A stretch of 64,000 nt of DNA from Entomortierella parvispora E1425 (Eukaryota; Fungi; Mortierellomycota): assembly GCA_020891255.1 (NCBI GenBank), contig BQFW01000009.1:1054001-1118000 (forward strand), written 5' to 3'. Of this stretch, positions 1-10,892 are shown one piece after another. The notes under the pieces were generated by a model. That model did not search any database, had not been told where the DNA came from, and was given only the letters and a program-made list of their open reading frames with translations. Numbering within the stretch: position 1 is the stretch's first letter; every line of letters starts with the position of its first letter. Both the position numbers and the translations under genes were made by a program.

Positions 1-1011
1 GAGTTCATTTTGGAAGGTGCTTTGGATAACCACTATGGAATGTTGAAGCAGCTTAAAGGAGTTCCCGGTGTCCGTGCTGATCGCTTTGTCGAAGCTCAGC
101 AAGTCAAGCACTGCGCCTTGTCCCTTGTTGGAGAACCTATTTTCGTAAGTTTTTATTAATTTTTTTTTAAAAAAAAATTGTTTGCAGATTTATCATTTGG
201 TACTAACCAGTCTTTGCTCTGTAACTCATGTCGTTACTAGTACCCTCATATCAACGAATTTGTGAAGTTGCTCCATAAGAAGCATATTTCCTCGTTCTTG
301 GTGACAAACGCTCAGTTCCCAGATGCCATCGCCAACATGGATCCCGTTACTCAACTTTATGTTTCTGTGGACGCCTCGACCAAGGAGTCACTCAAAAAGA
401 TTGATCGACCTTTGTTCCGTGATTTCTGGGAGCGTTTCTTGGACAGTTTGGACGCTCTTGGCAAGAAGGGACAGCGCACCGTGTACCGTCTGACGCTCGT
501 CAAGGATTTCAACACGGACGAGATTGCCAACTACGTGGAGCTCATCCGTCGAGGCCAGCCTGACTTTATCGAGATCAAGGGTGTGACCTACTGCGGATAT
601 GGAGGAGCTTCAGGACTGACTATGGCCAACGTCCCCTACCACGCTGAGGTGGTTCGGTTTGTGGAGTTGATTCAGGAACAGTTGGGCGCCGGTTACGAGA
701 TTGCAGCAGAGCATGCACACTCATGTTCCATTTTGGTCGCGAGCACAAAGTTCAAGAAGGGCGACAAGTGGTATACCCATATTGACTACGACAAGTTCTT
801 TGAGCTGGTCGAGTCTGGCCAGAAGTTCACAAGCTTGGATTATATGGCAGAGACTCCTGAGTGGGCCTACTTTGGAGCACCCGAGGGCGGCTTTGATCCC
901 GAGGAGACGCGCTATTTCAGAAAGACTAAGGAGCAGCGCAAGATCGAGCGGGAGAGACGCGAGGAAGAGGAGGAGCAGCAGCAAGACGACGAGGAAGAGG
1001 ATGACGAGTAA
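1..1011 (+). CDS. TYW1: tRNA wybutosine-synthesizing radical SAM protein TYW1, 3' part (gene starts before the window)
   Basis: Spliced reading HCALSLVGEPIF|YPHINEFVKLLHKKHISSFLVTNAQFP...TQLYVSVDAS...RTVYRLTLVK...PDFIEIKGVTYCG; intron 145-240 (gtaagt...tag); acidic tail; stop 1009-1011. Confidence 0.93.
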
Positions 1012-1228
1012 GCCAAAGCTGAGGCCTACCATGTATTTTTCCGTAATAAATCATCATTCATATCATCTCTTGTTCAACTGCAAGGTTTTATATACATATA
1101 TAGGGTATGGGGTATGGGGCATGGGTCTAGTATTCTATCCAGTCCAACTGGAAACCACAACGATGACCATGTTATCTCAGGGGGTTATGACTTGTCAACG
1201 GCAGAAGGAGGTAATCCAATAGCTTCCT

Positions 1229-2803
1229 TCAAACATAATCCCATTGCGTACAATCATCACAGACATCCTGAACGGTACATTTGGGTACTATTTCTCTGCC
1301 TTCAGTCATATTCGGCCAGTTCTCGACCACGTTGATAAAGGTCAAGATAGTATGAGCCTGAATGCTTTGACGCCAGCCAAGTTCGGCCATTGTATCATAA
1401 TTGCAGAACTTTCCAATATGACATTTGGTTTCGAGGGCATATCCTGCAGAGTAACAGCTCGAAGAAGCGCCATTGCAAGTTCCCATGTAGACGGGGTCAG
1501 CTAAAAAAGAGGGGACAGGTAATGTCAGAGACTGTAAAGAAAAATTAGAGGTCCTTGCTCTGACAAAATCTTACCACTATGTCCAAACTGCCAGACCGCC
1601 AGCTTTTTGTGATCAGCGATGGACATGTCGGCCTTCACCAGTCCAATGCGCTGAGCATATCGTTTATCACCAGGCGACTGGAAGGTAAATACCGGATATC
1701 CACGGGTAACACCGATCATCGAAGCTACACTTCCTCCAAGGGAATGTCCCGTAAGCCAAATTGTAGCGTCTGGGTACAATCTCTTGGCGGCATCTACCAC
1801 TTTCTAATAGCAGCCCAAAAGGAAAAAAATGATTGCATTAGATTTGGCGTCAGATCCCAAACACAATAATGGGTGAAAAGTAAGTTGATGGAGGACGCCT
1901 TACCAGTCCTATGCCAACATAGCTCTCTTCCTCATCTCTGTCCTTGATGAGATCGTCGACCAGACACTGTTGGTTGCACTGGTTTCCGCCCATGTAACAG
2001 CCACAGACGCCCCACCAGGTCCTGTCGACTTTACCGCAGCAGCAAGAGAACATTTTGTTGTCGTTCAACTTGTCGTTGTTGCCTGTGGGTCCACCACCAG
2101 TTCCAAATAGCTTGAGAGAGGTTCCTTTAATGCCAATGACGACCGTCTTTTGATCCTCGCTTGCAAAGATATAACCTCGTAATCCGGCCTCGAGCCATCC
2201 GATTTCGGAATCAACCTCCCAATCATCACCAATGTCAACCCATCCTTGGCGCTCAGGGTCCACATAACAGTCCAAGGCCATCCGTACCATCGCGATCACC
2301 GTATCGTGGTCTTCGGCATTTGGGACTCTTCTTCCAGGGAAAGGAAAGGTGTTGGTCGTGGATATCGTCCTTCCCAGGCGACGGGCTCTTGCTCCATCAG
2401 CGGACTCTGGATCAGGAATGTCGTCATGGTGGTCAGTGTCTGGGAAGAACGCATCAGCAACAGTGTGCTCAAACGAGGAGCCAGGACTGGAGCTGGAGCT
2501 ATCCATAAGGTTGATAGAGGCCATCTCCATCCTCATCTGATCGTCCACCTTCAGCTTTCGAAAGACCTTGGCGGTCTTGGCACCGGGGGCGCCATGGGCC
2601 AGGATGTGTTGGAGTCGAAAGGTCTCTGTCTTGGGAAAGAAGGACGTTTGAGTGGGCACAGGCTGTGTTCTGCCCCTGTCCCTGCTCCATGAGAATGGAA
2701 GCTGTGGAGGATGCCAAGGATCGAAAGCGTCCGCTTGTGAAGAGAGAGTGGAGACAGCGAGCACGGCGTAGACTGCGACGGCGACGTAGCTCAAGGACCT
2801 CAT
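1229..2803 (-). CDS. ATG15: Vacuolar/autophagy lipase Atg15 (class 3 lipase), 3 exons
   Basis: Hydrophobic N-terminal anchor MRSLSYVAVAVYAVLAVS; VIGIKGTS, NDKLNDNKMFSCCCG, catalytic WLTGHSLGGS, and ADPVYMGTCNGASSSCYSAGYALETKCHIG joined by GT-AG introns. Confidence 0.92.
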
Positions 2804-3305
2804 GTTGAGTGAGTGAGTGGAGTTTGTGCTCTGGCAGAGGAGATGAGTGTAAAGGATGGAATGAGTAATTGCGTATGTTTGATAGAATAAGGAAGGAATG
2901 AATGGAATGAATGAATGAAAGATGAATGAACAATGAGAGGAGACAAAAGAGAGAGCAATGCATGCATTCATGCGGTCACTCTTGGGCTCTTCCTCCTATT
3001 CGTGCCTGTGTGGTGACGCACTGCGGGTCACCGCTGACTGCCATCGCTGTCGATCCCCCTGCCTATCCCAAGTTCATGTCTTTCTTGTATTCTTGCAGTC
3101 ATAGGAAGCACCCTCGCCCCTACTCTATCAATCCTCTTTCTTGGATTACTGGCCATGCAACCATCGGCCAAGAGATCAATAGAGCTTGGACAGCCATACG
3201 CGCCGCGTGCAGTCACCCCGCTCCATGGATCCATAGATGAGAGCCACCCTGTTTTCCAATTAGCCCAGCCTCATCCGACTGCATCAACTTCACCATTTCG
3301 CCCAG

Positions 3306-4040
3306 TTATGGTACTGACCCTCAACTTGAGATTATCATCGTCGGCGCTGGTATCTGTCGTCTACTCACGGCCATTCAGTTGGGATCGATTACTTGGTTGT
3401 CGAAAAGGCACTCGCGTCTTCACCCCCAGGCTCAGGACGCCAGTTACATTCTGGATCAGCTTGAGCACCGCTTTGTTTCCTGGCAATTGTGGCTCCTCTG
3501 GGTGGTGGAGGATGAATGCGTGGAGAGCCTTGTGGGCTTACTATCTACCTCCATGGTTTCATTCTCCTGGATGAGATTTACAAGATAACTCCAACGTTGG
3601 AGAGATCGTCGCGGATATAGTCGATATTGGCACATGGGAGTGACATGAACTATGGTAGCAGCAAGTCTCGATATGGATATGACGGAATTCTTACTGCACG
3701 CCCTACATTGTACCAGGTCTTGCTCACTCATGTGCCCAAGGAGAAAGTCCATTGGGGAAGCGCATGGTCTGTTTCCATCGGGACCTGGACAATGTAGAAA
3801 TTCAATGCCAGGACTCGATGGGGAACCAAGGCGCGAGCGAGATGTTGGTCACCTTCAAAGGCCACATCCTGATCGGAGCAGGTGGCGTGTACTCTTCTGT
3901 TTGTTCTCATTTTTATGGGAATCTGTTTACCAAAGGACGACTTGGCGCCTCTGCGATACTGACCGTGTGGTCGGAACGACTGAGATCATGTCCGAGGAAG
4001 ACTATCTCATCATTAAAGAAAGAGCGGGGACTTTTTTGCC
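3306..4040 (+). pseudogene. Frameshifted, 3'-truncated FAD-dependent monooxygenase relic (same family as M1-M7)
   Basis: Collinear pieces in different frames: LEIIIVGAGIC, DYLVVEKA, ILDQLE, ARPTLYQVLLTHVPKEKVHWG, FKGHILIGAGGVYSSV, VVGTTEIMSEEDY; no GD/AAH region follows. Confidence 0.8.
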
Positions 4041-4089
4041 TCGATACCATTTGCTAAAGCCTTTATTAATACACGCGCTAATGAGATAC

Positions 4090-5188
4090 TCAGGCGTGAT
4101 AGACCATCAAGTGAGGCGCTCCAAAGGCAGAGAAGTTGTGGATCTTGGCCCATTTCGCAAAACCCTCGGTCTCGATTTGGTGTCCAATTGGATCAAGGGG
4201 AAAGTTGATCCCATGGTGATGGACTGTGGCGTTAACCAGAGTGAAAGTGCCTCCCACGCCATCCAGTTCAACCAGTTCTAAGGAGGGATCCTGGATGTCA
4301 GCCAGGGATTGCCGAAACGTGGGTTGTTGGTTCTCATAACCTACAAAACAAATGCGGGAAAGTGTCAGCGGTGTATATGAAAAAGACATCAAGGACAGAG
4401 AAATAGTCAAGATGGCTACCTTCAAACAGGATATCTTCTTCGTCAAGAGCACGCTGGTGAGCCAATGACTCCAAGGTTTCGTGCCAGTTGTTTCGGTCAT
4501 AGGGATACGGCAATTTCTTCTTCCACCAAGAGCCCTCCATTCTAAAGCAATTGGGGACGATGATGTCCTTGTGGAACGCCATCAGTCGACTTATCAGCTG
4601 TGGAGAGTATTCAATCACATCCACATCCAGCCACAGAACCCAGGACTCATCCGAAAGTGTCCATGACAAAAGAGTGTTCCGACACTCTGCCAAGACTCTT
4701 CGCCTTGAGGATTGGACATTGTAGAGGTGTCTAGTGCTATGGCTATAGTTGTCAGATTTGGATGTTTGATGTATAAGGGTGATTTTGCGGTACAAGCCCA
4801 AGATGGACAGTCGTTGTAGAGTGGTCTTGAGCTGGGCAAGAGTCGGATCATTGGAGGAAGGGTTTGTTCGAGTAGAGACAAGGAATCCAAGAGAAATGTG
4901 GTCTTTGGGATGGTCCACCTCGAACAGTCGTTGAAAGTATCCGTCAAGAAAAGGCGCAGCCTCCATCATAGGAGTAAGAATCAGAACACGGTCCGTCGGA
5001 GAAGTGTATCTTGTACAAGAAGTAAGAGGCATGGTGAGCTCTTCAGACATATCCAAGTCGAGTTCATAGAACGGGGAAGTAGAGGAGTCCCGATGGTGGT
5101 GGGGGAGGAAGGTAATGTAATGCCATAGTAGGAAGTAAATGGTGGTAGACGCAAAACTGAGAAGGGCAAACGATTGAATACGAGGCAT
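4090..5188 (-). CDS. Glycosyltransferase family 62 (Anp1/Mnn9/Van1-type Golgi mannosyltransferase subunit), 2 exons
   Basis: Type II anchor (FALLSFASTTIYFLLWHYI), RVLILTPM, RRRVLAECRNTLL, WVLWLDVDV (DxD), DIIVPNC, ELDGVGGTFTLV, IETEGFAKWA; intron splits ILFEG|YENQ. Confidence 0.88.
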
Positions 5189-5223
5189 CGCAAAAGATGG
5201 GGTGGATATATCAAAGTTTGTAT

Positions 5224-6273
5224 TCAAGCAACTACAAGAGCCTCCAGGGTCTTAAGGAGATCACCTCCATTCTCCTTCAAGTGTTTTTCTGCCACTTGCT
5301 TGGTCAGCTCCATCTCTGCCATCTAATAGCCAGTGAAAATAAAAAAAAGTTATTAATCGTAATCGACAGCTTTCTATCAGACGGTGCACATCAAAGGAGT
5401 TGATCGTTTGCTCGAAATATAATCCAGGGTTACAGTTGTCCCGGGAAAATACGCTTTAGACGGTCCTGACTCATTCACAATTATCCTTATTGTGTCCCAT
5501 GGTTATCCTTTGAATGCCATCCGTATGATCTCAACTTTCTCCCGTAATTTGTCCAATGCGGTATAGCCCGTCCAATATCCCAGAGGTAGTACGATAAAAG
5601 TTGAGGCTTACCAAAGTCTCAACGTCGGCTTTGTTGAGGGTCAGCTTTTCAACTTCCTTGGCACTTGCAAGTCTGTCTGCTTTTTGTTTTTTGCTGACAT
5701 CCGAGATCACGCTCATCGCCTAGAGCATGGTTAGCACATCGAAGGATAGAGAGACAGTGATCAGTAATCTTTTTCATCGTCTGAACTTCATAAAGACATG
5801 CTCTCATAAGTCGTTCGGTCAAGACAATCCTTCGAATATTTTACCTGTTCCAGCTTGTCAGCATCAACGGTGCCACGCTCTCCCTCGGGACCGGTGGAAG
5901 CCATGTTCTTCATAGCGGCCTTGGCTTCGGCACTTTGACCAGTGGCCTTATCCTCCTCTTGCTCCTCCTCATCGTCCTTGTCTTCTCCATTAGCATTCGC
6001 TGAATCCTCGCCCTCTTTTGAATCGGCCGCTGCTGCTGAATCCTTTGCATCCTTTGTCTCCTTTGTCTCCTTTGTCTCCTTCGCAGCTGGCTTTGTGGTA
6101 GATGCTGTTGCGGTTTTTGTTGATGCAGCAGCGGGTTTGGCAGCAGGAGCGGCAGCCTTCTTCTTAGCAGCCTCAAGAGCAGCGACAGCGGCTGCCACGG
6201 AGGCAGCACGCTGCTCAGGTGTAAGCTTCTTCGCAGGTGCAGTTGCAGCAGGCTTCTTGAGTGAGTTGAGCAT
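5224..6273 (-). CDS. HYPK: HYPK-like NAC/NatA-associated protein with Ala/Lys- and acid-rich N-terminus, 3 exons
   Basis: Spliced C-terminus ...EVEKLTLNKADVETL|MAEMELTKQVAEKHLKENGGDLLKTLEALVVA* matches the HYPK UBA-like pattern. Confidence 0.78.
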
Positions 6274-6570
6274 GGCGATGTGGAGAGGTTGTTGATGGCG
6301 TAAATGAAAAGGCGATCGGCGATCGATTCACTCGATCGCCGATGCATCTTGAGCGCGCGAGGAAATCACACGTGACCTACATACGTACGGGGTATTTGTA
6401 CGTATTTTGAGTACGGGTGACATCGCAGTATCTTCCTAGGGTGCCCGAGCTGTTACGTCCTTCGGGGATCAACAGATCAGACCCCTGGAGGCATGCCGCT
6501 TTTGCCATTAGCCCAGGAATCACCTTCTCCTTCACTCCTCCCGTCCGTCTCTCCCCGTCTCGTCCTCACA
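6274..6570. promoter_or_regulatory. Compact (~300 bp) bidirectional promoter between HYPK and mL44
   Basis: Head-to-head starts at 6273(-) and 6571(+); contains a 12-bp perfect inverted repeat (6315-6343), a CACGTG box near 6368 and TACGTA motifs. Confidence 0.6.
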
Positions 6571-8017
6571 ATGGCCGGCGTCCTGCGTTCCTCCCTCACA
6601 CCCCTGGTTCTTGCCAGAGCCAGCCTTCGTGCTGTTCCTGCTGCCCGAGGTACTGAGTTGACCTACACCTGCATTGGATTCAATAGTCAGGATCGCATGG
6701 TGGACTCCGTTCCGGAGAATGAGCTTGTCCGTTATCCTATTGCCTCGTGGACCGTTACTGATCAGCTCTCCTTTTTCTCCTTTTTCCGATTAGTTTGTGC
6801 CCCAGTTCTCGCCCGCACCTTTCTCATTAATGTCAAGCCCACAGAGTCGACCTCAACAACATCACCAACCAACCCAAAACTCAGGATAGAAAAGCCTACT
6901 TCGGCTGTGGTCGCCTTTGCTCATCGTTTGGGATTGAACAAGTTGAAGGATCAGACCTTGCTCATGCGTATCGTCACACACCCCAGTTATGAGAGAGTCG
7001 GTATCCAGTCAAACGAAGGCCTGGACGTCCTTGGTGAGTTTTCGCAGGGAGTGGCTATTTTCGATTCTTCCAATACTTACGATCAGGATGGTTGGGTCAG
7101 ACTAAGCAGGGCAGCAGACCGAGCTTAGAAATCGAATGAAAGATGACAGAGACAAAGGGGAACCCTGCAGAAGTGGCTCGTTCAGACTATCATGGAGTTG
7201 CTCTGAACCACGGATGATCATGGGCCTTGACTAACCATACCATTCAATATCGCTGGGCGGTTTATAGGCGGAAAGGTTATGGAAATGTTTGTGCTCGAGT
7301 ACTTCCACACCAAATACCCAAAGATGCCTACCAAGATGCTGCACGAGGTTGTTTCAACTTACACCCGGTCATCAACTTTGGCCCTTATGGCCAAGGAGTT
7401 TGGTGTTGATGATGTCGCTCGTTGGGTTCGATCCAAGGTAAATGGGAAAAAAATATCAACTAGTGTTAACTGTATTGAAAGTGAAGTTCTGGTAAGCGCG
7501 ATGTTACAAGAAAAGTCACTGATTCTTATCCTAACAACAATAGCCCGATCAGGAGCACCAATTGCATGTCAAGACTGTTCAGGCTTCGGTTGTGCGTGCT
7601 GTTGTTGGCGCATTGTATGCTGATCAGGGAGCATTGAAGGCGCGCGAGTTTGTGCACGCTCATTTCTTGTCGCGTGAGCTGGACCTGAAGCCTCTTCTTG
7701 AGATTGACGACCCCAAGCTTCATATGTCATTCCTGATGAAGCGCCTTAACCGCGAGAGACCCGTGGCTCGTTTGATGTCCGAGACTGGTCGTCTTTCCAA
7801 GGCCCCAGTTTTCATCGTTGGAGTCTACTCTGGAACGGAACAGTTGGGCGAGGGATTCGGATCGTCCTTGAAGATGGCTGAGACCAGAGCCAACAAGAAT
7901 GCATTGACAAAGTACTACTTGGAAGAGCAGAAGGATTTCACTTTGCCATCAGATGTCGAGCGTGAGGGAGCTGTCTACAAGCCCACACCTATCGGTGATA
8001 CTCCCGTCATTGTTTAA
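6571..8017 (+). CDS. MRPL3: Mitochondrial ribosomal protein mL44 (yeast MrpL3; RNase III-like plus dsRBD), 4 exons
   Basis: Arg/Ala/Leu presequence MAGVLRSSLTPLVLARASLRAV; VTHPSY...SNEGLDVLG; VRAVVGALY; DPKLHMSFLMKRLNRERPVARLMSETGRLSKAPVFIVGVYSG...GEGFGSSLKMAE. Confidence 0.9.
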
Positions 8018-10892
8018 GAGATTCCAGGACAAGCACGGACAGAGAGAAGAAAGAAAGAGGGGTGTTCTTGTTGTTTTACCATACGGCCGGCCGCTACCTT
8101 CATTTTGTTTTTTTGCATTTTTCACACATAGAACCCACCCATTGAAAAAATATATACTCCTTTCAAATCGTCCCGTTCCGAGTGAAAGATAAGAGAGCTT
8201 GAGCGTGACAGTTTTAAGGATGGACCTAGGACATTTTGGGCCACCAACTGCCGTCAGTTGAGCGATTAGGGGCAAGGTGTGGGACCAACGTCCATGCGCT
8301 GACCCTATTTTTGCTACGACCCTGTTTGAGCCGAGAGAGGAAAAAAAAAACGGCGAAAAAGCAATCGTCAGGGACCATGTGCAATCAACTCTTATTCTTA
8401 TATGTGCACAGTCCCGAAGAGCTTGAAGAGGAGGGGAGGGGAGGGAGCCGAGTTGGAGGCAATACATGCAGGCGCGCATGTGTCAAAGAATATGAAGAGA
8501 AAAACTCACATATGACACTCTTCGTCCAGGGCTGTGTTGGCAACGGTATCACAGAGGAGTAGGACACACGAGAGAACAAACAAACGAGGGTGTTGGGCAA
8601 CAGGTTTTTGGGCCACCCGTCCGGGAGCTGTTAGTTCGGTTATGAAGTGGAGGGACGCAGCCCAGAGCTTGAAATACCTCAGTGGATCGCATGAAGAGGA
8701 GTGACTGAGTGAGTCGAAAAAAAAGTCTCTGTTGATGTGGGTTAGCTGTGAGCTTTGACCAGGCACGTTTGTCCCTCTCCAAGGAGAAAACAAACACAAG
8801 AATGTACAACGGCAACGGTACAATTTGCCTGACTAAAAGGCAATTGTGTGGACCGGTTTGGGTGCAAACAAAGGCCGTCTCTTTCTGCCTACTCCTTTTT
8901 TTTTGAACAACAAAAAGCTGCTCGGAGAGCCAGGCAAACAACTGTTGGCACATGCTCGTCCAAGTTCATCGTGGGGTTTGGTTGGGAAGGACAGAAAAAC
9001 AGAGAGCAGCAGGAACACAGAGGGAGAAAGAATCGACCTGTGCACAGGTGTTATTTTGAGAACCAGACGAATGAAAAAGGGCACGGCAATGTGGAGGAGA
9101 TGAAGTATTAAAGTGACCAGTGCCAAGCAGGAGGGGACGCGGTCGTTTGGGATCATGTCTGTATACTTGTGTTTGTTGCATTGACACTTTATGGGAGGCG
9201 AATGGGCCTCGGGACTCTGAGGGCAGACTAGACTTTTTGTTAGCAAGGAAAACTGATGGTCATTATGCAATTGACAGGACCACCGAGAGCATGTATTTAC
9301 AGTACGGTGGTGGAGGGTCGATCCTCTGAGAGACAGCACTTTAAGGAAGAGTAGCACTATGAAGGCGCAAGGGGAGTGAATAGGAGTTGTTCGGTCAAGG
9401 TGTCAAGGTCAAGGCGTAGGACAGGTGAGGGACCGAGGCTCAGAACTCAGAACGACCGACCCACGACCACGCTCTCTTCCTTTTCCTTCTCTCCTCCACA
9501 ATTCTTCGATCGCCTGTCTGCCTGCTTCCTCTCCACTTTTCTGTCCCTTTTCTCTTTCTCTTTTTCTCCAGTCTGGTCATCGACTCGACCCTCATTGCAT
9601 TCTCTCCCTCATTGTCTGATCAGCAGCCCGCTTCATTCTCGACAATCCTTTCCTGACTTGGACAGTTTTTTTATCCTCCAAGCGCCACCATTCCTTCTAA
9701 GATTCCCACAGCTCCCACTTCACAACCACTCAACCACCACCAACCAACCAGTCTACCCAACGCTCCCCTCTGTACATTCCTCCCCACTAGTCTCTCAATT
9801 GATGACCCATTTTTAAAGCTACTGCACTCTCTCCACCAGTAACTCGTCTGTTCACGTCGAGATTCAATTCGACCTGCGGAAAGCGCAGACAAGAAAAGGT
9901 AAAAGGCATTTTCGACCCTTGCTCCTCCATACTTCTCTCTCTCCTTTCCACCTTGTTCAGAATTATATCCAGCTTACGGTTTGGTGGCCTTTTGTCCGCT
10001 GCCCTGGATAAAAGATGATTGATTCGTTTTACACTTTGAGGGATTGCAAGAGCACTGAACTAGATAGAAAAAAAGGTTGGGAGTGAAGATTTGTTGTTTG
10101 TTGCTACTCCTGTTGTTGGGTAGAGGAGTGGGTGGGTAGCCCATGCATGTAAAGAGTATCATTTCAACATACATGCAGCGATCTGTTTGCTGCAGTGTCC
10201 ATGGGGGCGGGGAGCAAGTCAAGGGTGGGCGTACTGTGGTGACAGCCCCTGGATGGAGGTGATGGCTGCGCGTCTCAGTCGCGTGCTGGCCCTCTCCGCG
10301 CGTCCGGGTCTGGGACTCGAGTAAAAGAGTAAAAGAGAGCGAGCGAGTGGAGAGAAGTCTCGGTCCGGACGAGTGCCATCTGGGCGGCCAAGATACACAA
10401 AGTCGCCGACCCTGTTGTTTGGTGCATATTGTAGGCTATCTGTATCTCTCTCTCGCCCACTCACAGCCATTGTGGACGCAAGGGTGGGATAGAAGCAAAC
10501 AGTCGTACAGGGCATGGTGCTCTTGTCCTCTGTCGTCCTTTTCTCCTTTTCCTCTTTTTCTCCTCGTCTCTTCACTGTTTGACCGACCATTGCGGTGGAT
10601 CAGTCCATCCATCTACCTCCAACTTCCGACATCCCCTCCATCTAGGTCATCTTTCGTAATCATCTCTACATCATCCTGATCATCTTTTGTCGCGTGTCTT
10701 CTCCACAAATTTTCTTCCGCTGCTCTGTGCTCCTGCAACGCCCACACTCGAATATCAGTCCTCCACTTTCGCCTCTGACCACAGTCCACAACTGACATCC
10801 TCTTGCAATTGCTCCTCCTCTGATCGTCAACAAGCAGCTATATTATTCCCCTCGCCCCTCAAGCGCACAGCGCCAGAGCGACTCTTGCAGCC

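Noticed and set aside
7036-7250. Long mL44 intron containing ATACTTAC and a CTGA, suggesting U1 snRNA or a C/D snoRNA
   Set aside because: The sequence after ATACTTAC does not follow U1, there is no canonical C box or terminal stem, and I could not identify a target; an Infernal/snoscan run would settle it.
8020-10890. Many 60-175 aa ORFs, some hydrophobic
   Set aside because: They arise from CT/GA-rich low-complexity intergenic or UTR DNA; I found no motifs or coherent exon chain.
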